Below are positions 46,293 through 55,248 of a stretch of DNA of 64,000 nucleotides, piece by piece. Location of the stretch: positions 2,307,771 through 2,371,770 of the forward strand of contig OZ242252.1 in the NCBI GenBank assembly GCA_965206955.1, given 5' to 3'. The first letter of the stretch is position 1. Each line of letters begins with the position of its first letter. Origin of the DNA: Candidatus Foliamicus sp. Lineage in GTDB: Bacteria; Pseudomonadota; Gammaproteobacteria; Steroidobacterales; Foliamicaceae. A program made the translations under genes and the position numbers. Below the pieces are notes generated by a model. The model was not told the origin of the DNA and made no database searches. It saw only the letters and a list, made by a program, of their open reading frames with translations.

Positions 46293-47972
46293 ATGAACCG
46301 GATTACGAAAAGCAAGGTTATCGGGCCTGAGCACCCGCCATTGCTTGAGAAGACCATTGGGAGTCATCTCAAGGACATTGCCACCCTACATGGAGACTGT
46401 CCGGCGCTAGTGGTCTGCCACCAGGACGTACGATGGACCTATGCCACGTACCTGAAGCAGATCGACAGACTCGCAGCGGGATTCCTGGCACTGGGTGTCC
46501 GCCCCGGAGATCGGGTCGGGGTATGGTCGCCAAACTGCTTCGAATGGTGTCTGACCCAGTTTGCAACGGCGCGAATCGGGGCTGTCCTGGTCTGCATCAA
46601 CCCCGCCTACCGCGTCTTCGAACTGGAATATGCCCTCAACCAGTCGGAGTGCAGGGCAATCGTGCTGGCCGAATGCTTCAAATCCAGCAATTACCTGGAA
46701 ATGCTTGAAGAATTGGCGCCGGAACTGAAGTCAAGCGAGCCGGGGAAGCTCAATTCCCGCCGGCTACCGAAGCTGGAAACCGTAATACGCATTGGTGATT
46801 CTCCGGCGCCGGGTATCCTCAATTTCACGGAAGTATGGGACATGGGACGCGAACGGGAAAGAAACGAGCTTCGATTGATTGAAGGGAGTCTTGATCCCCA
46901 TGATCCGATCAATATTCAATTCACCAGCGGCACAACAGGAAGCCCCAAGGGCGCCACGCTGACCCACCACAATATTCTGAACAACGCCTATTTTGCCGGT
47001 CGGGAAATGGGAATGAAGCCCGGAGAGAGGCTTTGCATTCCGGTACCGCTTTACCACTGTTTCGGTATGGTACTGGGCAACCTCGTATGTGTAGCACACG
47101 GCGCTGCCGCTGTCTTTCCGGGACCCGTCTTCGATGCAGGCGATACCCTTCAGGCGGTAGCGCTGGAACAATGCACTGGACTGCACGGCGTGCCAACCAT
47201 GTTTCTTGCGGAATTGCGCCACGAAAGCTTTGAAAGCTACGAAACCTCTTCGCTGCGTACCGGAATCATGGCGGGTGCTCCCTGTCCGGTCAGCCTGATG
47301 AACGAGGTGATTGAAAGGATGCATATGCCGGAAGTTCTGATCGGTTATGGTCAGACCGAACTCAGCCCCCTGAACTGCCTTACGCACGCCGATGATCCGA
47401 TTGAGAAACGGGTCGGCACTGTGGGAACTGTAGGGCCGCACTTGGAGCTCAAGATTGTGGACAGCGACGACCGCTGCGTACCCGTTGGCATGCAGGGCGA
47501 AATATGCACGCGAGGATATTCGGTAATGCAGGGCTATTGGCAAGAACCCATGCGTACGGCGGAAGCCATCGACGAAGACGGTTGGCTGCATTCCGGCGAC
47601 CTGGGCGAATTGGACGCAGAGGGCTACGTAAAAGTTACCGGGCGGCTCAAGGACATGATCATTCGGGGTGGAGAGAACATCTATCCCAAAGAGATCGAGG
47701 AATTCCTCTATTCGCATCCCGCGGTTCAGGAAGTGGCCGTTTTCGGCGTGCCCGATGAGAAGTTTGGAGAGCAGGTTTGCGCCTGGATTCAGTTGCGTGC
47801 CGGTCACAGCGCGAATGAGAAGAGCATCCGCGCGTTTTGTGAGGACGGAATCTCGCATTTCAAGATTCCCCATTACATTAGCCTTGTGCACGCGTTTCCG
47901 ATGACGGTCACCGGCAAGATGAAAAAGTTTGAAATGCGAAACGCTATGATCAGGGAATTGGGACTGCGATAG
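46293..47972 (+). CDS. AMP-dependent acyl-CoA synthetase/ligase
   Basis: The ATG at 46293 gives 559 aa. Motifs FTSGTTGSPKGATLTHHN, GYGQTE, GDLGELDAEGYVKVTGRLKDMIIRGGENIYPKEIE. Confidence 0.9.
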   Translation: MNRITKSKVIGPEHPPLLEKTIGSHLKDIATLHGDCPALVVCHQDVRWTYATYLKQIDRLAAGFLALGVRPGDRVGVWSPNCFEWCLTQFATARIGAVLVCINPAYRVFELEYALNQSECRAIVLAECFKSSNYLEMLEELAPELKSSEPGKLNSRRLPKLETVIRIGDSPAPGILNFTEVWDMGRERERNELRLIEGSLDPHDPINIQFTSGTTGSPKGATLTHHNILNNAYFAGREMGMKPGERLCIPVPLYHCFGMVLGNLVCVAHGAAAVFPGPVFDAGDTLQAVALEQCTGLHGVPTMFLAELRHESFESYETSSLRTGIMAGAPCPVSLMNEVIERMHMPEVLIGYGQTELSPLNCLTHADDPIEKRVGTVGTVGPHLELKIVDSDDRCVPVGMQGEICTRGYSVMQGYWQEPMRTAEAIDEDGWLHSGDLGELDAEGYVKVTGRLKDMIIRGGENIYPKEIEEFLYSHPAVQEVAVFGVPDEKFGEQVCAWIQLRAGHSANEKSIRAFCEDGISHFKIPHYISLVHAFPMTVTGKMKKFEMRNAMIRELGLR

Positions 47973-48080
47973 CGGAGCGGCGGCCGCACTTGAACAGGGC
48001 GGAGCCTCGGCAATGTGGAAACGAAGTGCCGGCATGAGCGGTTTGCAGGGCCACGTGTGGGTCGTTTCGATGAGAATGTC

Positions 48081-49040
48081 ATGACTCAAAGCGCTTTGAT
48101 TCCATTTTCCAGTCCCGCAAGCCGGCTGGCAGCAGAAAAGAGCGCCGAGGAATTCGCTTCTCCTGGTGCGCCGCTGGACGCCGACATAAGGCAACTCCGC
48201 GCCCACTACTCCGAGTTGGACCGTATGAGGCTTGAGAGAATTCAGAGCCGGTTTGCGGCAGAGGTTGAGACCCGGGAAATTGGCGGCGTTAGTACGCGAT
48301 GGCTAACGCCAGCAAAAGGTGTCCCACGGAAAAATGCCCGGCGTGTCCTCATGAACCTTCACGGCGGAGCATTCATGTGGGGAAGGCGCTACGGAAGTCT
48401 GGTTGAGTCGATCCCTATTGCCGTGACCGGCGGATTCAAGGTTGTTGCCGTTCACTACCGTCTGGCGCCAGAACACAGGTTTCCCGCAGCATCCGAGGAC
48501 GCTGCGGCGGTGTATGCGGAATTGCTTAAGGACTACGACGCTGATTCAATCGGCGTGTATGGCTGTTCGGCCGGCGGAGTGTTGACCGCGCAACTGATTG
48601 CCTGGCTTTATCAGTCCGGGCTGCCGCTGCCCGGTGCGATCGGCACTTTTTGCGGCACCGGCCTGGAATTGGGTGGAGACAGCAGCACACTTTGGGAGGC
48701 CCGTTCGGGCCAACCGGGCCAATCCTCTTCTGGGTACTTGCCCAAGCTTCTAAGCCTGCCTTACTTCCGTGACATTCTTCCAACTGATCCGCTTGCTCTT
48801 CCTCTTACGTCCAGGGAAATACTCAGCAAGTTCCCGCCAACACTATTGCTGAGCGGCGGGCGTGATTTCGCCGCAAGTTCGCTGACGCTGGCCCATCGAT
48901 TGCTAACCGCGGCCGGCTGCGACTCCCGGCTGTTCCTATTTGACGGACTTTGGCACTCCTTTCTCCTGGATTCAGACCTACCCGAATCAAGTGAGGCGTA
49001 CGCTCTGATCTGCCGTTTTTTCTCGGAGTGCCTTCGCTAG
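48081..49040 (+). CDS. alpha/beta hydrolase, hormone-sensitive-lipase-like esterase (family IV)
   Basis: Oxyanion motif LHGGAF and nucleophile elbow GCSAGG. Confidence 0.8.
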   Translation: MTQSALIPFSSPASRLAAEKSAEEFASPGAPLDADIRQLRAHYSELDRMRLERIQSRFAAEVETREIGGVSTRWLTPAKGVPRKNARRVLMNLHGGAFMWGRRYGSLVESIPIAVTGGFKVVAVHYRLAPEHRFPAASEDAAAVYAELLKDYDADSIGVYGCSAGGVLTAQLIAWLYQSGLPLPGAIGTFCGTGLELGGDSSTLWEARSGQPGQSSSGYLPKLLSLPYFRDILPTDPLALPLTSREILSKFPPTLLLSGGRDFAASSLTLAHRLLTAAGCDSRLFLFDGLWHSFLLDSDLPESSEAYALICRFFSECLR

Positions 49041-49092
49041 TGTCGTGTTCCGCAGGTAACCGCGCCAAGCAGTTACTTGCGGAACACGACAC
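49040..49092 (+). terminator. long stem-loop after the esterase gene
   Basis: 21-bp inverted repeat with one mismatch, GTGTCGTGTTCCGCAGGTAAC-N11-GTTACTTGCGGAACACGACAC. It starts at the stop codon and has no T-tract. Confidence 0.5.
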
Positions 49093-49256
49093 CAGGACTA
49101 CAGCTCCAGCCCTGAATCAAAAAAAGCGAACATGAAGTTGGGAGGTTCGGGGCGCTGGAATAGAATTCTTGTCACGCTGCCGGTTAACGCATTTCGTCGC
49201 ATCTGGAAAACAGTGGACGGGAATCCGGTATCGAGCAATGAATACTACGCTCCAGA

Positions 49257-52200
49257 ATGTCGCATCAACCCATCGATGACTTTCACTACGCGATTCGCGA
49301 GTGGTTCAGTGAGGCGTTTCGACAGGCCACCAAGGTACAAGAGGGAGCCTGGCCGGCTATTGCCGCCGGTCGTCACGCGCTGCTGGCGGCTCCCACCGGG
49401 TCGGGCAAGACGCTCGCGGGGTTCCTGGCGGTTATCGATCAGCTGTTGCAGCGCAGCCGCCGCGAAGCGCTTCCCGAGCGAACGGAGGTCGTATACGTAT
49501 CGCCGTTGCGAGCGCTGTCGAACGATATACGGCGAAACCTGAAGCAGCCCCTTGCGGCCATCGATCAGCAACTGAACAATGCGGGAGAGCAGCCATCGGG
49601 TATATCCGTGGGGCTGCGCACCGGCGACACTTCTCAGGCCGAACGCCGCCGTTTGCTTAAGCGGCCGCCGCACATTCTGGTAACCACTCCCGAGTCGCTA
49701 TACCTGCTTCTGACCTCGCAAGGCGGCCGGGGCATGCTTTCCGACGTTCGCACGGTCATTCTGGATGAATTGCACGCGCTGGCCGGAGGCAAGCGCGGCG
49801 CCCACCTTGCGCTGACACTGGAGCGGCTGGAGATGCTTACTCAAAAGCCCTTGCGGCGCATCGGCATGTCGGCTACCCAGCGGCCCCTGGAGCGCATGGC
49901 GCGCTTCCTGCTGGGCACGCGGAAGGAGGATTGCGCCATCATCGACGCAGGCGCAGACCGTGCACGGGATCTGGGCCTGGAACTGCCCGGCTCGCCGCTT
50001 CAGGCTGTCATGCCTCTTGAAGTGTGGTCCGAGATCTACGAGCGTCTGGCTGATCTGGTGCGGGAACACGATTCAACCCTGGTGTTCGTCAATACCCGCC
50101 GCCTGTGCGAGCGCGCAGCGCGCCAACTGAGCGAGCGTCTGGGCGAGGACGCGGTGGCATCCCACCATGGCAGCATGTCGAAAGAGCATCGGATGTCAGC
50201 CGAGGAACGGCTGAAGTCCGGGCGCCTGAAGGTCCTGATTGCTACGGCGTCGCTGGAACTGGGTATCGACATCGGTTCGGTGGACCTTGTTTGCCAGCTG
50301 GGTTCTCCGCGAGGGATTTCGGTGTTTCTGCAGCGCGTCGGGCGGTCCGGACACACCGTGGGAGAAACACCGAAGGGGCGCCTGTTCCCGCTGACCCGAG
50401 GCGAATTGGTCGAGAGCCTCGCCTTGCTGAAGGCAGCGGCGGACAACGAGCTTGAGGAAATTCGCATTCCTCCCGGCGCGCTCGATGTTCTTGCGCAGCA
50501 GCTTGTGGCCGAGGTGGCCTGCGGTGACCGCGAGGTCAGGGCTTTGCATGCGGCGTTCTCGCGCGCCTGGCCCTACCGGGAGCTCGGCTTTGAGGAGTTC
50601 CTGCGGGTCGTGAAAATGCTTGCCGATGGCTACTCCACCCGCCGAGGACGATCCGGCGCCTACCTGCATTACGACAGCGTGCGACTGCAGCTCCGGCCAC
50701 GCAGGGCCGCGCGCATTACGGCGCTGACCAACGGCGGAACCATTCCGGATCAATTCGACTACGACGTGGTGCTGGCGCCATCCGAAATCCGAATCGGCAC
50801 GCTGAATGAGGATTTTGCGTTCGAGAGCCTTCCGGGGGACATTTTCCAGCTCGGCAACACATCCTACCGGATCCAGCGGGTCACTTCCGGAAAGGTCTAC
50901 GCGGAGGATGCGCACGGCGCGCCCCCGACCATCCCGTTCTGGTTCGGCGAAGCACCCGGCCGCAGCAGCGAACTGTCCCTGCGGGTAGCGGCAATCCTGG
51001 ATGGTGTGGACGCTCGCCTGGCCAATGGCGGCGAGGCGGAACGGTGGCTGGAAAAGATTCCGGGCGCAACCGTCGAGGCCGCAGGGCAGGCCGTGGAGTA
51101 TCTGGCGGCGGCGCGCGCCACTTTGGGTGTGTTGCCAGGCGCGGGACGTATCGTGATCGAGCGGTTCCTGGATGAACTGGGCGATATGCATGTGGTGGTC
51201 CATTCGCCTCTGGGGTCGCGACTGAATCGAGCCTGGGGGCTTGCGCTGCGGAAACGCATCTGCCGCAAGTTCAACATTGAGCCTCAGGCGGCGGCGCTGG
51301 ACGACAGCATCGTCATTTCGCTTGGGCCCGGACACAGCTTTCCGCTCAAGGACATCGCGGGCTGGCTGCATTCGTCCTCGGTGCGCGATGTCCTGGTTCA
51401 AGCAGTGCTGGATTCGCCCATGTTTCCGACGCGCTGGCGATGGGCCGCCACTACCGCGCTGGCGATACTCCGCAATCGCAATGGAGAACGGCGCCCGGCG
51501 CAGTTTCAGCGTGGCGACGCCGAAGACCTGATGGTGGCGTTGTTCCCGGATCTCGTGGCCTGCGCCGAAAACCTCACCGGGGACCGGGAGATACCCGACC
51601 ATCCGCTTGTTAATCAGACACTCACCGACTGCCTTGAGGAGTTGATGGATGTGGACGGTTTGCTCGCGCTCCTGCAATCCCTTGAAGGCGGTGAGGCGCA
51701 AATACACTTTGCCGAACCGGCGTCGGCCTCGATACTGGCCCAGGAAGTCATCACCGCCAAACCCTACGCATTCCTGGATGACGTGCCGGCCGAGGAGAGG
51801 CGAACCCAGGCCATTCGAACCCGTCACTTGCTGGGCGTCGAAGACGCGGCCCAGCTGGCACGTCCGGATCCGCAGGCGATTGCCGATGTGTGCGCCGAAG
51901 TCTGGCCTCGGCCGCGCGACGCGGATGAGTTGCACGATGCGCTCAATCTGGCTGGATTCCTGACCGCAACGGAACTTGGCGACCACGAATCGCTGGTTGA
52001 TGAACTTGCTGCACAGGGACGATCCGTGCAGGTTGCCGCGCCGAGCGGCCAGGTCTTGTGGGGCTGCATTGAGCGCCGCAACGAGCTGATCGCCTGCTGC
52101 AATTCGTCCGGCGACAGTCTTGCCGTTGCGGCCCGGGAGCTCCTTCGCAGCCGCCTGGAAATACTGGGGCCGGTTACGGCCGGGGAACTGGCCGCTCCCC

Positions 52201-53411
52201 TGGGCCTGACTCCGGCGGATACGGCAATCGCCCTGACCACGCTGGAAAGCGAGGGCTTTGTCGTACGCGGCCGCTTCCGCACTGCTGCCGGGGCTGAAGA
52301 GGAAGGGCGGGAGGAATGGTGCGAACGCGGGCTATTGGCGCGCATACATCGGCGCACGCTCAAGTCACTTCGAAAGCAAATCCGGCCGGTAAGCGCGGCC
52401 GAATTCACATCCTTCCTGGTCCGCTGGCAGGGCCTGGACGGTGAACGTCGCCAGGGCCCCGAAAGCCTGCGTCTGGCTCTGCAGAGGCTGGAAGGTTGCG
52501 CCGCGCCGGCCGCCACCTGGGAACGCAGCGTATTGCCGGCGCGCGTAACCGATTATTCTCCCCCGATGCTGGACCAGGTGCTGGCATCGGGAGAGTGGCT
52601 GTGGAAGCGCGCCGAACCGTCCTCGGGAAGATCGCGAGCCCGCCTGGCGGCCAACACACCCATTTGCCTCTTGCGACGGGAATGCTGGGATTATTGGCCG
52701 CTGGGGCCGGGACGCGGCGAACGGCTGTCCTTCGGCGCGAAGGCGGTATTCAACGCCCTAAAGGAAGGTGGGGCTGATTTCTTCCAGGGTCTGTTGCGCA
52801 CTACGGGGATGTTGCGCAGCCAAATCGAAATGGCCCTGGGGGAACTTGCGGCGGCCGGCCTGGTGACCTCGGATAACCTTACCGGTCTCAGAGCATTGAC
52901 GACCCGGGCGGACAAACGACCGCGCTTCGGCAGTTTGCGGGCCCGGCTGGCCGGGGTGCAGGCAGCCGGCCGCTGGTCGGCGCTGACCTCACCCGCGGAC
53001 GGTCAAATCGATGAGGAGCAGCGGGTTCAATACCTGGCCGAAGCCATGATCCGACGCTACGGCATCGTGTTTCGCGCTTTGCTGGCGCGCGAGCGGGGGC
53101 TGCCGCCCTGGCGCTCCTGGTTGCGGGTGTACCGCCGCCTGGAGGCCCGGGGCGAATTGCGGGGCGGACGATTTGTCAGCGGATTCAGCGGTGAGCAATT
53201 TGCGTCGCCTGCCGCCGTCGATGAATTGCGGGCAATGCGGCGATCCGGTTCAGGGGTATCAAGGGTACGGATTGCCAGTACCGACCCGTTCAATTTGACC
53301 GGGGTATTGTCGCCAATTCGAATTCCTGCACAGCCGCGGAACTGGATTGATTTCGTCAACGGCGAACCGGAAATACAACCCGAAAAGGGGAAATCCGCCT
53401 TTAGCGCCTGA
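49257..53411 (+). CDS. lhr: Lhr-like large ATP-dependent helicase
   Basis: 1384 aa. Walker A APTGSGKTLAG, DExH box ILDELHAL, helicase C motifs (ATASLELGIDIG, QRVGRSGH), and a long Lhr-type C-terminal extension. Confidence 0.88.
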   Translation: MSHQPIDDFHYAIREWFSEAFRQATKVQEGAWPAIAAGRHALLAAPTGSGKTLAGFLAVIDQLLQRSRREALPERTEVVYVSPLRALSNDIRRNLKQPLAAIDQQLNNAGEQPSGISVGLRTGDTSQAERRRLLKRPPHILVTTPESLYLLLTSQGGRGMLSDVRTVILDELHALAGGKRGAHLALTLERLEMLTQKPLRRIGMSATQRPLERMARFLLGTRKEDCAIIDAGADRARDLGLELPGSPLQAVMPLEVWSEIYERLADLVREHDSTLVFVNTRRLCERAARQLSERLGEDAVASHHGSMSKEHRMSAEERLKSGRLKVLIATASLELGIDIGSVDLVCQLGSPRGISVFLQRVGRSGHTVGETPKGRLFPLTRGELVESLALLKAAADNELEEIRIPPGALDVLAQQLVAEVACGDREVRALHAAFSRAWPYRELGFEEFLRVVKMLADGYSTRRGRSGAYLHYDSVRLQLRPRRAARITALTNGGTIPDQFDYDVVLAPSEIRIGTLNEDFAFESLPGDIFQLGNTSYRIQRVTSGKVYAEDAHGAPPTIPFWFGEAPGRSSELSLRVAAILDGVDARLANGGEAERWLEKIPGATVEAAGQAVEYLAAARATLGVLPGAGRIVIERFLDELGDMHVVVHSPLGSRLNRAWGLALRKRICRKFNIEPQAAALDDSIVISLGPGHSFPLKDIAGWLHSSSVRDVLVQAVLDSPMFPTRWRWAATTALAILRNRNGERRPAQFQRGDAEDLMVALFPDLVACAENLTGDREIPDHPLVNQTLTDCLEELMDVDGLLALLQSLEGGEAQIHFAEPASASILAQEVITAKPYAFLDDVPAEERRTQAIRTRHLLGVEDAAQLARPDPQAIADVCAEVWPRPRDADELHDALNLAGFLTATELGDHESLVDELAAQGRSVQVAAPSGQVLWGCIERRNELIACCNSSGDSLAVAARELLRSRLEILGPVTAGELAAPLGLTPADTAIALTTLESEGFVVRGRFRTAAGAEEEGREEWCERGLLARIHRRTLKSLRKQIRPVSAAEFTSFLVRWQGLDGERRQGPESLRLALQRLEGCAAPAATWERSVLPARVTDYSPPMLDQVLASGEWLWKRAEPSSGRSRARLAANTPICLLRRECWDYWPLGPGRGERLSFGAKAVFNALKEGGADFFQGLLRTTGMLRSQIEMALGELAAAGLVTSDNLTGLRALTTRADKRPRFGSLRARLAGVQAAGRWSALTSPADGQIDEEQRVQYLAEAMIRRYGIVFRALLARERGLPPWRSWLRVYRRLEARGELRGGRFVSGFSGEQFASPAAVDELRAMRRSGSGVSRVRIASTDPFNLTGVLSPIRIPAQPRNWIDFVNGEPEIQPEKGKSAFSA

Positions 53412-53446
53412 TGGCATAGAATCGGGCGCGAAAACCGGAGGGAAAT

Positions 53447-55018
53447 ATGAGCCAGGAAATTCTTCAGGAGCTATCCGAACTGCTGGGAAGCGACTACGTC
53501 ATTACGGATGATGCGGAACGCCGCTACTTCACGATGGACGTGTACAACGCGCGAGAGATGCCGCTGGCAGTGATACAGCCGGGCACCGTGGAAGAATTAC
53601 AGAAAGCTGCGCGTATCGCGCTCAACAACAACGTGGCGCTGGTGCCCCGGGGAGGAGGCGCGTCGTACACGGATGGCTATCTGCCTACGCGGGCGCGTTC
53701 ACTGCTGGTTGAAACGTCACGGCTGAACCGAATCGTGGAGATCAATGCCACGGATATGTACGTAACCGTGGAGCCGGCGGTCACCTGGGAGCGCCTCAAC
53801 GCCGCCTTGGCGAAAGAAAAGCTCCGCACGCCTTTCTGGGGACCGTTCTCGGGCCTGAAGGCTACGGTAGGCGGTTCCACATCGCAAAACTCGGCGAGCA
53901 TGGGTTCCGGCAACTACGGACTGTCCGCTGAATCGGTGCTTTCCTTTGACGTAGTGCTGGGCAACGGAGAATTGCTGCGTACCGGATCGGCCGCCATCAG
54001 CACTTCGGTCCCGTTCTTTCGCTGGTACGGGCCGGATCTGACGGGGTTGTTCACCGGAGACACGGGCGCGATGGGCATCAAGGCGCACATTACCTTGAGG
54101 CTGATCAAGCGTCCCACGCGCACCGGCACGGCATCGTTCGGTTTCGATACCTTCGAGGGCATGTCCTCCGGCATGTCCGCGGTGGCGCGCCTAGGGGTGG
54201 TGGCGGACAACTACGGCCTGGACCCGAAACTGCAGCAGGGCCAACTCACCAAGACCGACACCGCCGACCAGGCCCGCGCCGTGTGGAACGTAACCCGGGA
54301 TTCCAGCAATCCCTTCGAGGCGGTCAGCCGCCTGACACGGATGGCGCTGGCGGGCAAACGATTTTTCTCCGGCTTCAGCCATTCCGCGCACTATGTCGTG
54401 GAGGGCCACAGCGCCAGCGAGGTCAACTCCAAGCTGAAACTGGTGCGTGAAACCATGCGGCCGCACGGCACCGAAATAGCCAATACCGTACCCACCGTAC
54501 TCCGTTCCATGCCTTTTATTCCCATGTATTCCGTTCTTGGCGTCAACGGCGAACGATGGGTGCCCCTGCACGGAATCATGCCGTTTTCCAAAGTGCCCGA
54601 GTTTCGCCGCTTGCTGATGGCCGTGTACGAGGAGAACGCCGAGCGTATGAAGGAATTGCGCGTCGACAAAGGCGCCATGTTCATGACCATCAACTCCAAC
54701 GCGTTTCTTTATGAGCCGGTGTTCTACTGGGAGGACAGCCAGACGGTTTTTCATAAGCGGTTCATGCCCAAGGATTACCTGGCAACGCTGCCGGAGCACG
54801 CAGAAAACCCGGAGGGTCGGGCGCTGGTGGAAGAACTGCGCCAGCGTATTCTGGATCTCTTCTGGCAGGTGGGAGCCAGCCACCTGCAAATCGGCAAGAC
54901 CTATCCCTACCTGCGAGGCCGGCAGCCCGAGGCCGAGCGCCTGTTACGTGCGTTCAAGAGCAGCGTGGATCCGAAAAACCTGATGAATCCGGGGGCCCTC
55001 GGCCTGGACGCATCCTGA
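53447..55018 (+). CDS. FAD-linked oxidase (GlcD/vanillyl-alcohol-oxidase superfamily)
   Basis: 523 aa with the FAD-binding PCMH pattern VALVPRGGGASYTDGY. The substrate is not inferable. Confidence 0.75.
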   Translation: MSQEILQELSELLGSDYVITDDAERRYFTMDVYNAREMPLAVIQPGTVEELQKAARIALNNNVALVPRGGGASYTDGYLPTRARSLLVETSRLNRIVEINATDMYVTVEPAVTWERLNAALAKEKLRTPFWGPFSGLKATVGGSTSQNSASMGSGNYGLSAESVLSFDVVLGNGELLRTGSAAISTSVPFFRWYGPDLTGLFTGDTGAMGIKAHITLRLIKRPTRTGTASFGFDTFEGMSSGMSAVARLGVVADNYGLDPKLQQGQLTKTDTADQARAVWNVTRDSSNPFEAVSRLTRMALAGKRFFSGFSHSAHYVVEGHSASEVNSKLKLVRETMRPHGTEIANTVPTVLRSMPFIPMYSVLGVNGERWVPLHGIMPFSKVPEFRRLLMAVYEENAERMKELRVDKGAMFMTINSNAFLYEPVFYWEDSQTVFHKRFMPKDYLATLPEHAENPEGRALVEELRQRILDLFWQVGASHLQIGKTYPYLRGRQPEAERLLRAFKSSVDPKNLMNPGALGLDAS

Positions 55019-55057
55019 CCTGCCGCCTGGTACGCCTGGCCGTGCAACGCTTCCTAC

Positions 55058-55248
55058 CCAGAACCTGGGAACGAGGGCTTCCAGCCCTCGACGAGGGCAA
55101 GATGCCCTCGCTCCTTTGTTCCCTCCCCGTCAGCGCAACGGCGCCCGCTACGCGTACTTGCATGGAACAACCTGGGAACGAAGGCTTCCAGCCTGGGAAC
55201 GAGGGCTTCCAGCCCTCGCCGAGGGCGGGACGCCCTCGCTCCCAGCGG
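55058..55248. repeat. REP-like composite cluster, locus G
   Basis: CTGGGAACGAGGGCTTCCAGCCCTCGACGAGGGCAAGATGCCCTCGCTCCTTTGTTCC...TGCATGGAACAACCTGGGAACGAAGGCTTCCAGCCTGGGAACGAGGGCTTCCAGCCCTCGCCGAGGGCGGGACGCCCTCGCTCCCAG. Confidence 0.85.

Noticed and set aside
50196-51986. 596-aa ORF antisense to lhr. Similar long antisense ORFs occur at 46764-48206, 43122-44111, 32435-33673, 11121-12260 and 30106-31041.
   Set aside because: All lie fully inside strongly supported genes on the other strand and show low-complexity R/G/P/A-rich sequence. They are GC-driven stop-codon-free frames, not genes.
49257-53411. Lhr helicase as part of a defence island
   Set aside because: It stands alone between catabolic and oxidoreductase genes. 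No nuclease, methylase, toxin or other defence-type neighbours are present. Lhr is a common chromosomal repair helicase.
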